Positions 38,621 through 51,177 of a DNA stretch of 64,000 nucleotides are shown here, piece after piece. The DNA is from Octopus sinensis. Its lineage: Eukaryota. The notes beneath the pieces are model-generated. The model searched no databases. It was given only the letters and a program-made list of their open reading frames with translations, and had not been told where the DNA came from. The stretch is from positions 38,130,001 to 38,194,000 of the forward strand of contig NC_043015.1 in assembly GCF_006345805.1 (NCBI RefSeq). Direction: 5' to 3'. Position numbers and translations under genes: made by a program. Numbering within the stretch: position 1 is the stretch's first letter; each line of letters begins with the position of its first letter.

Positions 38621-39847
38621 TGTTCTACAGATTTCAGTTAGAGTTGTCGGAAGCAGAAGACCATTTGTTTTGTGCTACAATTTGCAGTGAAGCCACAATG
38701 TTTTTGATTATTATTTCATATCAAACAGCGACTTTTTTTCTGGTTTTCGATAAAATCTAGATTCTTCTACGATTTCTTTCATCTAATCATATAATAGCGA
38801 GCCTTCCTTCCATGCATTAACGATCAGTTTGTACACATCATCGCTGAAGCTACACCAACCGTGTTTCCAAATCCCCATCTGTTTCACTGACCTCCAAGAT
38901 TTCCCCCAGTGTTGGTATCTCATCGAATACTGAACTGATATTAGGATGCTGGTAAGTACAACGTGATCAATGCTACCAACTAGACGGGTGGTTTATGACA
39001 TGTCATAGTGGCTTATGACATGTCATAATGGTTATGACCTTGGCCACAAGTCTGCTAAACAACAACGATAATCTCGGGAGAGACACTACCCGGTTGCTCG
39101 ACCTGCTAGAAATAGCAGCTTAATTCCCCTCCTATCGAGAGACCAGGTATAGACACTCATGAAGTTATTGTTGCTGCTTGGCTGACATGAGACGAAAGGC
39201 GTCCCAACCATGATCAACACGTCCTTTTGTTTAAGTAGAGTGCATCAAGGGTCACGTTATTAAATGCTTCTGTCTCTCTTAATGACGGATGGGATTAAGA
39301 GCGGCATTTGGCTGCTATTTCTAGCTGGCTGAGAGACCACGAGAAGATTCTCAAATGGTGTCTCTATTGTTGTGGTGGTGGTCGTCGTCATCGATGTTGC
39401 TGTTGTTGTTGTCGATGATGATGATGATGGTGGTAGTGGCAGCGGCGGCGGCGGTGGCAGTGTTGCTGTTGTTGACAATGATTTTGCTGCTGCTGCTGCT
39501 GCTGCTTTTGTTGTCATCAGCGTTGATGTAGTTCTTGTTGTTGTTCTTCTTCTCCTTTCTCAGACTATGTTGAATGTAGGTGGGTGTGTGGGTGGGGGGT
39601 TGGGTGGGTGGTAGGGCGGGTGGGGGGAATGTGGAACAGAATGAGAGTTGGGTGTTCTGGGAAACTCAGGCTTACTCTCACCCCCACCCCACCCTCGCTG
39701 CAACCACCCACGCAAACACACACCCACACACACACCCCAACCCCTCTTCAGAATGTGGGTCAACGATGAGAAAGCTTGTTGTCTGCTCGTCTGAGCGAAT
39801 CGTTGCAAATAAAGGACAAAGTTGTGTAACACGATATAGTATAGGCA

Positions 39848-39879
<32 letters not shown>

Positions 39880-40796
39880 TGTATGTATGTATGTGTGTAC
39901 ATGTGTATTTAAGTATGTGTGTGTATGGGTGTGTATGTATGTGTGTGCATGGGTGTGTATGTATGTGTATGTATGTATGTGTGTGTGTGTGTATGTATGT
40001 GTGTACGTGTGTGTATGTATCTATAGGTATGTGCGTGGGGTATGTATGTATATATACGTATACATGTGTGTGTAAGGATATATACGAATATATATGTGTG
40101 TGTGTGTGTGTATAAAGGAATATGTGTGTGTGGTGTGCGTGTGTGTGCATGTGTATATTTGTACAGAAAGGAATACCAGGTGGAACAGACTTTGCTTCAG
40201 TCATGTTCAGGAGACACAACTATATTCCACTTGTATCATTTTCTAACAAGTTCATATTGTCAGAGTTTCTCAGATTTTAAGCCCCAATTTGTGTTCTTCT
40301 TTTATACACTCACCACACCCAGAGCCATCCCTGAATCGGGTCTAAGGTTTTAATTGGGTTTGGTTCTTACTTATCAACAGTATCCCACAAACACATTTCA
40401 CATCTTCATTGTTTTACGTAACTGTGAACCAAATGTCATTGCACCTAGCCGTTTCTGGCGTCCTACGTGTTGAGGTGCCTCGATTTTATTGATTCTCATA
40501 ACTAATCTATACTCAGACACACACACATACATACATACAATACATACATATATACACAATATTCACACAAACACACACAAATGTAACCACATGTGAATCG
40601 TTGGCGATTTTTTTTTCCTCCGTCTTCCTTTTTCTCCTGGACTTTCCTCTGTCTCCTCTTTCTGAAGAAGAGCTTTGCTCGAAACGTAAAACACCCTTTC
40701 CTTCCTTCCCTGAGCGTCTTTTAATACTTTCCATGTACCACGTCCTCTTTTTTTTTGTGTTTGTTCTTCGTTTTTTTTTTGGTGGGGGGGATTTAC

Positions 40797-40838
<42 letters not shown>

Positions 40839-40884
40839 AAACGTGTGTGTGCGCGCGCACTTGTCTCTCTGCGATGTTGTGTAT

Positions 40885-41115
40885 GAGAAGACTCCCTAGA
40901 AAGCTACCCTCCTAGGTACAAGTCCGGGCAAGGTTGTTTGTGGAAGGCCAGCAGTGGCCCACGCATACCAGCCTCCCCTCTCCACACCACTGATGTTATC
41001 CAAGGGAAAGGCAAAGGGGCCGATACAGCTTGGCACCAGTGATGTCGCAACTCATTCCTAGAGCTGAGTGAACTGGAGCAACGTGAAATAAAGTGTCTTG
41101 CTCAAGAACACAAAC
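40885..41115 (-). mobile_element. SINE family C body
   Basis: Reverse complement of 9425-9680. Confidence 0.75.
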
Positions 41116-41697
41116 TCACATATACAAATGTGAGTTTGCGTGTCTGTACACACATATCGTATTTTCAAATGTCTAACCTGCGCTAAATAATTTCTAATAC
41201 AGATGTCATGCCACTACGCTGAAAGTCTTAACAAGACATTTAATCTTCTTGCTATACTCATATATATATATACATATGTATATATAGGCGCAATGGCCCA
41301 GTGGTTAGGGCAGTGAACTCGCGGTCATAAGAGAATGATTGACTTCTATTTCTGACTACAAGAAAACGAACATTGGAGTATCTGCACGTTGTACCCTGAA
41401 AAACAGCCACAAGAGAGGTAAGACCTGTTCATTGTGCAACAACATGAGTGAAGTGAATTCCATCAGGAATCATCACAGAAATGTTATGATTTATAAATTT
41501 GGTGTACGCGGCAGAATGCACGAAACACAACCTGATTTATGTTGGTTGTACAACAGAACAATTAAACAAAAGGTTTAATGGGCACAGATTCGATGTCAGG
41601 CACAAGAACAGTAGTTCCACGGAACTTGCCGAATAATTTGCTTCAAACGGCAGCAATTTTGAAAAAAACTTGAAAGTGTATATTCTCAGAAAATATT

Positions 41698-42069
41698 CTG
41701 AATCTGCTTCACTTCTCAAAATGTTTGCGGGGTTTTAACATCACACCCTGGAGGAATGAGTAAAATGACAGGGGAATATCATAAAATTTATACAAAACTG
41801 TTTGATTAAATAGTCTTCTTTTTCTCTTTTTCTTTCCTCCTTTTTTCTGTTTTTTTCTTTTCGCCTGTTATAAAATTGAAACTTAAAGACTGATGACGTC
41901 ATTGCATCAACGCGTGGACGCTGGTTCTTACTTTACATTTAAATTTCTATAATTTTGAATGTTTATCACTTTTTATTTGCTGTTGAAATATCGTTCAACT
42001 AATAAAATATCTATTACAATCGAATTGCGCTCTTCGTCTTAACTAATAATAACAATAATAATAATGATA

Positions 42070-42104
<35 letters not shown>

Positions 42105-42114
42105 AATAATAATG

Positions 42115-42157
<43 letters not shown>

Positions 42158-42210
42158 TAATAATGATAATAATAACAATAATAATAATGATAATAATAAT
42201 AATAATAATG

Positions 42211-42268
<58 letters not shown>

Positions 42269-42413
42269 TAATAATAACAATAATAATAATGATAATAATA
42301 ATGATAATAATAATAATAATAATAATGATAATAATAATAATAATAATAATATAATAATAATAATAATGATAATAATAACAATAATAATAATGATGATAAT
42401 AATAATAATAATG

Positions 42414-42480
<67 letters not shown>

Positions 42481-42520
42481 AATAATAACAATAATAATAA
42501 TGATAATAATAATAATAATG

Positions 42521-42556
<36 letters not shown>

Positions 42557-42633
42557 TAATAATAATAAATAATAATGATAATAAAACAATAATAATAATG
42601 ATAATAATAATGATAATAATAATAATAATAATG

Positions 42634-42681
<48 letters not shown>

Positions 42682-42771
42682 TAATAATAATAATGATAAT
42701 AAACAATAATAATAATGATAATAATAATAATAATAATGATAATAATAATGATAATAATAATAATAATAATG

Positions 42772-42811
<40 letters not shown>

Positions 42812-42972
42812 TAATAATAACAATAATAATAATGATAATAATAATGATAATAATAATAATAATAATAATGATAATAATAATAATAATATAATAAAATAAT
42901 AATAATGATAATATAACAATAATAATAATAATAATGATAATAATAATAATGATAATAATAATAATAATAATG

Positions 42973-43009
<37 letters not shown>

Positions 43010-43448
43010 TAATAATAATAATAATAATAATAGTAATAATAATAATAATGATAATAATGATACATATTTTATTGGTTGAACGATATTTCGACAGTAAGTC
43101 TGTCTTTGTCGAGTTCAAAGTAAGAAGTGATAAAACATTCAAATTATAGAAATTTAATTGTAAAGTATGAACAAGAGCAACCAGCGTCCACACATTGATG
43201 GAATGACATCATCAGTCTTTAAGATTCAATTTTATAACAGGCGAAAAGAAAAAGACAGAAAATAAGACCGAAAGAAAGAGGAAAGAAAAAAAGAAAAGGA
43301 AAAAAAGAAGAAGAATATTTAATCAAACAGTTTTGTATAAATTTGAGGATATTCTCCTGTCATTCTTATTCCTCCAGGGTGTGATGTTAATAATCCGCAA
43401 ACATATTTCTCCTCCTGCATTTTGAGAAGTGAAAGTGAAGCAGATTCG
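41698..43448. repeat. Diverged inverted repeats (41698-42012 / 43072-43448) enclosing a ~1 kb (AAT)n array
   Basis: Arms align in reverse, e.g. TTATACAAAACTGTTTGATTAAATA and CGCCTGTTATAAAATTGAA. Each arm has a CTGATGA hammerhead remnant. Confidence 0.85.
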
Positions 43449-44063
43449 TTTTCTTGACGTCACAAATAGAGGTCAATAACTCTCTTAAATTCTTATTCCG
43501 TCTAAAGGCTACAATAGGCAGCTGAGGAAATATGTTTGAGATGCGGTTATTTTTTCGCCACATGCTGGTAACTTCCATACAACACTTTTGAAATGCCAGC
43601 GAAATTTCGGCGCCGGTTAATCACTCGAGGAATTCTGTCATCTGTTGTATTGTGTTTGCTTGAATTATGCGTGAAGGTTTGACTATCTTTGCTAATCTTA
43701 GCTAATCTTAGCAATCTCATTTGCTATTTCCTTTAATCGTAATTCACTATAACCGCGTTTGACATTATGATGTACAAAATTATCATTATGTATCTGGTAA
43801 ATCTTGGAGGGACTTATGCCAAGCTTTGGCAGCGAAAGTTACACAAACAGCAGCACGGGGCGCCACTGCATAGCACCAAACATCCCAGCATCGCCATCCG
43901 AGCTTCCTGAAACAGGTGTCGAGTTTAGAAATTATGGATTCTCTTCTTAATATTCTGTGTGTTTTATGCTCTATTTAAATATGAGTGTGTGTGTGTGTGT
44001 ATGCGCGCGCACGTGTCTGTATATATGTATTTATCTTTCTGAATATATGTAGATAAATGTAGC

Positions 44064-44104
<41 letters not shown>

Positions 44105-44211
44105 CAAGCCTAATTATATTTATATGCATCACTGTCTGTATGTACACATATACATACATACATATATATATATACATATGTGTGTATGTATGTATGTATG
44201 TATGTAGTATG

Positions 44212-44272
<61 letters not shown>

Positions 44273-44273
44273 T

Positions 44274-44305
<32 letters not shown>

Positions 44306-44559
44306 CATAACACATACACACGCACACACAAACTATATGTATCATGTATCTGCATATGTATGTAATTAAATGTATGTTTACGATATAATGCAAGTGTAAC
44401 GACAGGTGTACCCTCACACACACTCACGCACTTACAAACAAGGCGAAATTATGAAACATTTTTCAAATACATCTCTGATCTGCTTCTGAGATAATTAAAC
44501 TGTATCAAGGTGTGTGTGTGTGGTGTGTGTGTGGTGTGTGTGTGTGAGTATTGCTCATT

Positions 44560-44670
44560 ATTAATTTTCTAATTTCTCACCAATAGACGAAGAGCCGGTT
44601 TCTAATCAGAAACAAGGCTCTTTCATGGGAATTTCGACAGCATCAAACAGGGCAGTATTTTTTATGAGTG
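44560..44670 (-). mobile_element. R4/Dong subfamily B 3' UTR fragment
   Basis: Reverse complement matches 6518-6610. Confidence 0.6.
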
Positions 44671-45398
44671 TATATACGGATGCGTATATGTATGTATGTA
44701 CGTTCATATATAAACATGCGTGCATATATATGTGTGTGTGTATGTATGTGTCATAAATGTGTGTGTGCGTGTGTATGTGTACTCGCACGCAAAGGTGTGG
44801 ACATCGGATGCCATCGCATAAATGGATTTAATTAGCTAAACTTAGTGAATGCGTTACACATTTTAACTGTTCCTTTGACAGCTTTTAGCCGTAACCTCTT
44901 TACTAGAATACTGGTTTTGGGATTTGTGAAACCCAGCCCCTAAAGCCTGCTGATGAGGCAGTTGAAAGCGCACCAATAGTTATTAGTCGATATCTAAAGC
45001 TATAATTTGGATGCGGCAGCTGCAGACTTCTCATCAGTTTGACATAGATGTTTCCTTTGAAACTAATCTCTGACATTTCGTTCATATCTACTGACGACTG
45101 ATTTCAACGAATATGCTTTTTGACAGGAGGAGATCTCTGTTATGTTCTGAGGATCCCTGCATCCACACCATTTATCTAAGACATTTTAAGGAGGATATTG
45201 AAGAGCCGTGGGCTTGAAACCCAACCTGCTGCAGTATCTGGTCCTGTATCCTGTATCTTGATGTATGTATGTATGTATGTATGTATGTATGTATGTATGT
45301 ATGTATGTATGTATGTATGCATGCATGCATGCATGCATGTATGTATGTATGTATGTATGTATGTATGTATGTATGTATGTATGTATGTATTATGTATA

Positions 45399-46673
45399 CA
45401 GGAGTTTAGCAAAATAATGGAAACACCTTAAAATTTCAAACAAATTTATATTAATATGGGACAGGACCACCTTTGGCAGTAATTAAAGCTTGAATTCTAT
45501 GAGGTATGGACTCGTACAAAGTTTGAATTGTTTCCAAAGGAATTTTTGTCCATTCTTCAGCTAAAACACTCTCCAGTTCTTGTAGTGATGATAGTGGAAG
45601 ATATCGACTCCTTACTTGTTTTTCTAAAATGTACCATAAATGTTCAATAATATTGAGATCTGGGGACTGTGGTGGCCAGATAAGATGTTCAACTTTACTA
45701 GAATGTTCTTCGTGCCATTCAGTAACAACTTTAGCTGTGTGAATTGGTGCATTATCATCTTGAAAGATTGCGTTTCCCTCTGGAAGCAGTTTCGCAACCA
45801 TAGGATGAATTTGATCAGATAAAATGCTTAAGTAGTCTTGACTATTAATTCTGCCTTGGAGGGAAACGATTGGGCCGGTGGGTTTCCTAGATATAGTCTC
45901 CCAGATCATCACAGATCCTCCTCCATGTTTAACAGTTGGAAGAAGGCAATCTGGGTCAAATGCTTTTTTTTTATTTTGGCTGTCTCCACACGTATACTCA
46001 GCCAGTGGTCGGAAATAAGGTAAAGGCTAACTTGTCCGAGAAAATAATATTCTTCCACTGATCTAGAGACCAATTCTGTAAGTTTTTACTCTAGTCTAAA
46101 CGCTTTGCAATGTTTGTTTTTGAAAGTAGTGGTTTTCTGATTGCACCCCTCCCGTGAAATCCAGCTCTGTGCAGCTCCCAGCGAACAGTTTTTGTGGAAA
46201 TTGGGTTCTCAAGGTGGTCATTAAGGTGGTACAGTAATTTTGGGAGCTGTACTTTTGTGATCTTTTCTAACAATTCACATAAGAAAGTCCCTATCTGAAA
46301 GTTTTGGTTTTCTTCCGGAGTTTTGTTTCGACGAGGACGTTTTTCCCTCTTTCTCAAAGGGTGTCATTACTTTCAAGACAGAACTTCTTGATACACCAAA
46401 CATTTCGGCCGTTTTCGTTACGCTAGCACCTGCCAAACGAGCACCAACAATTTGACCGCTTTGAAAGTCCGATAGATCTGTCATTTTAGTGAATTTTAAT
46501 TCCCTTTTTCTTATGATATCTGAAAAGAGAGAGCAATTTTAGCAAAACATTAAGCAACGCTAATAACAAATTTTAAAAAAACATAAAAATAAACAAGCTT
46601 TTTGATGGTTTTATAGGTATTTCAGAATTATAGGCTGTGATGCTAGGTGTTTCCACTATTTTGTCCCAACCCC

Positions 46674-46675
<2 letters not shown>
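45399..46675 (-). mobile_element. Near full-length Tc1-like transposon, DD36E spacing, inactivated by frameshifts and stops
   Basis: ~30-bp imperfect TIRs CAGGAGTTTAGCAAAATAATGGAAACACCT / AGGTGTTTCCACTATTTTGTCCCAACCCCTG, with TA at 45397. HTH region MTDLSDFQSGQIVGARLAGAS..SGRKPKL; catalytic region FQDDNAPIH..WPPQSPDLNIIEHLW with 36 residues between D and E. Length 1277 bp. Confidence 0.9.
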
Positions 46676-46753
<78 letters not shown>

Positions 46754-46754
46754 T

Positions 46755-47845
46755 AAATATTATTTGAGACAAAACCACTATTTTGCAAACACACAAGGAA
46801 AGACTTAATCAATACATAAAATTTAATAAATAGTCAAAAAAACCGCCACTACCAATCGTTTCTTGTCTTGATCGACAATCTTCAGGTGGACTTCCAATCT
46901 AAAAATCAAATTTTAAAATATAAAAATAATACTTTTAAATAATTAAAGTATAAATGAAAAAATATAAGTATATAATCCATATTAACCTATATATAATCCA
47001 TATCGAAAATATAGACTAATTACCACGTGATAACCCCGGGTGGTGGACTAGCGTTTGCTTGGTAATGTGAATGGAATATTGTAGTAGTGAGGTAGGCATA
47101 GAGAATGGGATTGGGTTACTGAAGTTGTTTGTTAGAGATGCTAAGGTGAGTTAAAGCTCATAAATTTATATAATGTTTTTTGTGGGTGTGGTAAGTATTG
47201 TTGTATATGTCGAGTTTAGTGAGTATGTATAGGCGTATATGTGAGGGAGTATATGTATCTTTTGTGTGAGTGTTTTGCGTGTGAGTGTGTGTTTTGTGTG
47301 TGAATGTGTATATGGGTTTGTTATTTAGGTTTTGGGATGTGTTGTTAAATTTGTCTGTGTGGGGAGGGAGTGGGTTTTGGGTGTATATTGAGGTTTATAA
47401 GTTAGTATAGGTAGTTATAAGTCGTGAGTCTGTGGTTTACGTGTGTGTATTGTGTGTGAATGTTTTAGGTTAGGGGGTTTACTTTATAGGTTTGTTATAG
47501 AGTTTTAGCAAAGGGAGATTTTATCGTTATATGTTTTTTAAGATTTTTTGTTTTATCATGGTTTTTTTAGGGTTCGTGGTAATTAGTCTATTTCGATATG
47601 GATTATATATAGGTTATATATGGATTATATACTTATTTTTTTCATTTATACTTTAATTATTTAAAAGTATTATTTTTAATATTTTAAATTTTGATTTTTT
47701 AGATTGGAAGTCCACCTGAAGATTGTCGATCAAGACAAAAACGATTGTAGTGGCGGGTTTTTTTGACTATTTATTAAATTTTATGTATTGATTAAGTCTT
47801 TCCTTGTTTGTTTGCAAAATAGTGGTTTTGTCTCAAATAATATTT
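46755..47845 (-). mobile_element. PLE-type unit: ~270-bp inverted pLTR-like arms with hammerheads flanking a 547-bp strand-skewed core
   Basis: Arms 46755-47027 and 47575-47845. Hammerhead motifs at 46846-46889 (-) and 47712-47753 (+). Confidence 0.8.
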
Positions 47846-48789
47846 TATAATATTTTACCTATAAAATTGGATTTAATCCTAATCTGATTTTTTTCCCTGT
47901 AAATTGGATGAGATTCCCTAATATTTATTATTTATATATATATATATATATTATATAAAATGAGGGTGAGAAATTGATATTTATTTAACATCAATTGCTA
48001 AATTTTTCTTGAGAACATTTCTTAGCTGTAAGACCATAGCGGATCTACTTCTAGCACAAGGGTTGTCCATATAGTAGTCATCCCTTTCATATGTATATAT
48101 ATATATGGGGAAAAAAAGGAGAAGAGATGGAACTGTGTGTATTATGTGTGTGAGAGAGAGGTAGAGACAGACGCAAGCACTTAGGACAAATACATGTAAC
48201 GAAGAGAATGTGTGTGTGTGTGTGTGGGTGTGTGTGTGTGTGTGTGTGTAACAGAGCAGGGGTGGAGCAGTCGACGTAAATCTTTTGAAGTTGGTCTCGA
48301 AAGTAGTTTGAACCAGTTAATGAGTGGATCAATTCTAAGTGTGTAAAGCATATTGATTTAGGGGTCGATATATATCTGTACGCTTAAATATATGCAACTA
48401 TGTATATATTTATATATGCATATGTGTGTGTGTATGTAATATATATATATATATATATATACATAAATGCTTATATAAGCATATGAATGTGTGTCTGTAT
48501 GTGTGTGTGTGTGTATGTGCACGTAATACATATCTGTATATACTTTAAGAGGAGGAAATGAACGAGAGTAACAGATGGCTAGACAAATGTATATGTATGT
48601 ATGTCCATAAACACATTCATTGATACACATACACACACACGTATATACACACACATACATTAATATATATATATATATATATATACATGTGTGTGTGTGT
48701 GCGTACATGTATTGATACGTTTGCATATATGTATAGCATATATCCTCTCTATAATCGGTATAAGGTCTGAAATTTGTGAAGTGGGGTGG

Positions 48790-48920
48790 AAAGAATGTTG
48801 TCGATATGCAAAGGCAGACGGAACACTACCAAGAAATCAACCAGTTAATTCGCACATTACAAATACAGTCTGTAAGTGGAACAGGAAATATCTGTAAGAC
48901 TTTTCTCAGCTTTAGAATGT
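48790..48920 (+). mobile_element. R4/Dong subfamily B-like C-terminal remnant
   Basis: QLIRTLQIQSVSGTGNICKTFL resembles KLIRRLQIQSI of the 5995 copy. Confidence 0.5.
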
Positions 48921-50328
48921 TACATTGTTTTTGTCGTCTACATTCCAACGATGGATCTTTGTATAGAAACCAGCACCTTCTTGAGAGGAAGAATTCAAAT
49001 ATTCAAAATGACAAGAAAACATATATATATATATATATATATTATATTAAATTAGAGATAAAACCACTATTAGGCAAATCAAACAATGAAAAACTTAAGC
49101 CAATACATAAAATTAATTAATTTATATTATTTTAAATATATATCAAAAGTATTAAAAGTTTAATAAAAGATAATGAGTATATATATATATAAATAAATAA
49201 TCATATCAAAGGGAAATGCAAATTAATAGAAATTTTCACTTCCAGTGACCTAGCATGTAAAAATTTCGTCCAAAGACTATGTATTAGTCATAAAATACAG
49301 TGTACATTTAAACACATAAGGAATCCACTCATGGGATTCAAGACGCTAGAAAGAACAGCTAGGTTCTATAACCACAAAATTAGGGATAAAATTCGACAGG
49401 AATGAAATGAAAAATAGAAACATTTTACCATCTAATTTCCTGGATCAATTGGTTTCTGATTTTAGTTTAGCAAGTAAATAACTTTTACTCGCGATGTGAA
49501 ATCGTTTTCAACAGGTACAACTTAGATTAAATGTATAAACACGAGGCGATCAACTATGTGCCTCTTGTTTATACATCCTAATTTTATCAAAATCTACTGC
49601 GCAGACGCAGTCCTTCGCCGGCAATAAAAATATGCCAACTTTGCCAAGAAATACAAGAGTAGAAAAAGAGCCAACAACTGATGTTGTGTTGTTTGTCATG
49701 TTTTCCATTTGTATCTTTCGTAGTTCGAAAACATAGTTCGTATTCCATGTACTCGTACTTCATATTTTTTGTTGTACACGTTTCGTGACGTCCTGTGCCC
49801 ACATATGCATATATATATATATAAAGATGTAAGGTTTGTACATATACGTAGGTATATATGCATATATATATATATATATTATATATATATATATATATAT
49901 CACATATATATATATGTGTTGTATATATATATATATACATACACACACACACACACACACACATATATAATATATATATATATATATATTATATATATAA
50001 GGAAAATAAGACAGGGTAGAGAAGGCTAAAATAATTTTACCATGAAAAACATTTTAGTACCGGTTTCAGACTTGGCGACATTTTTTTAACTTAGAGTAAA
50101 GCATGAAAAACAATTAAATTGTGGAAAAATTAAATGAAAATTTTTTTTCAATATTTCCATAGTTTTCAAGTGCAACGAACATTTTCCTTTCTGTCTCTGT
50201 CTCATTTTCACTCTTATATATATATATATATATATATATTATATTATATATATTATATATATGTAGGTCCGGGTTGATTCGGGGTAACCACAGTAAATAA
50301 GGTACTCATACATAGTAGAGTAAAATTA

Positions 50329-50457
50329 ATTTATTATATAGAAGGGCTTCTACAGGACGAACTGTTTCATTCAAGAGAATCTTCAGGAACTGAAGATTTC
50401 TCTTGAATGAAACAGTTCTAGTCCTGTCTAAGCTCCTTCTATATATAAAATAAAATA
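50329..50457. repeat. Fold-back (arms ~60 bp, GAA loop) built from hammerhead-like cores
   Basis: ..TTTCATTCAAGAGAATCTTCAG GAA CTGAAGATTTCTCTTGAATGAAAC..GTC. Confidence 0.8.
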
Positions 50458-50460
50458 TAG

Positions 50461-50512
<52 letters not shown>

Positions 50513-51144
50513 AGTGTGTGCGTGTGCTCGCGCGTGTTGTGTGTATACCTATGATTGTAGTTATATTTGTTCATGCGTTTTGAGATGAAATAAAGAAGGG
50601 GTAAGTGTGAGTAATGACGGCCAATTTGGATGGATTAGTGTAATTGTAGCTGCGTGTTACGAGTGGCATTGATATATTTTGCTGTGCACAAAGGTGAACC
50701 TAACGGATAAACATTAACCGAACGGTGTATCGTGTTGCGTCGTCTTCACATCAACCGACCGACGGATATCATATAATCGTATGCTAATCGCTTGTTCGTA
50801 ATGTTTGTTCCATTGCTCCACACAGACAAGAATGCAACGGACAGAAATATATTCGTTTCAGCCGTTATTGTCGTCATTTCTCTTCAGCTAAACGACGCCG
50901 TAAAATTTATCCTGTTTGACAATAAACCACGTCAGAATTGATGTTTGTTTTTTTTTTCTTTTTGGTTCGTTTCGTTTTTGTCTTTTCGCTCTCATAAAAA
51001 TAAAACAATTTATTGGTTAGAAACACATTTACTATAACTTTGAGAAAACAGTTTTAAATCAGATGATGATGATAATGGTGGTAATGATGATGGTGCGGTG
51101 GTTGTGGCATTGGTGTTGGTATTGGTGTTAGTATTGGTGGTGAA

Positions 51145-51177
<33 letters not shown>

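Noticed and set aside
44930-44975. CTGATGAGGCAGTTGAAAGCGC hammerhead-like string
   Set aside because: Stem II cannot form and there is no UH cleavage site or stem I.
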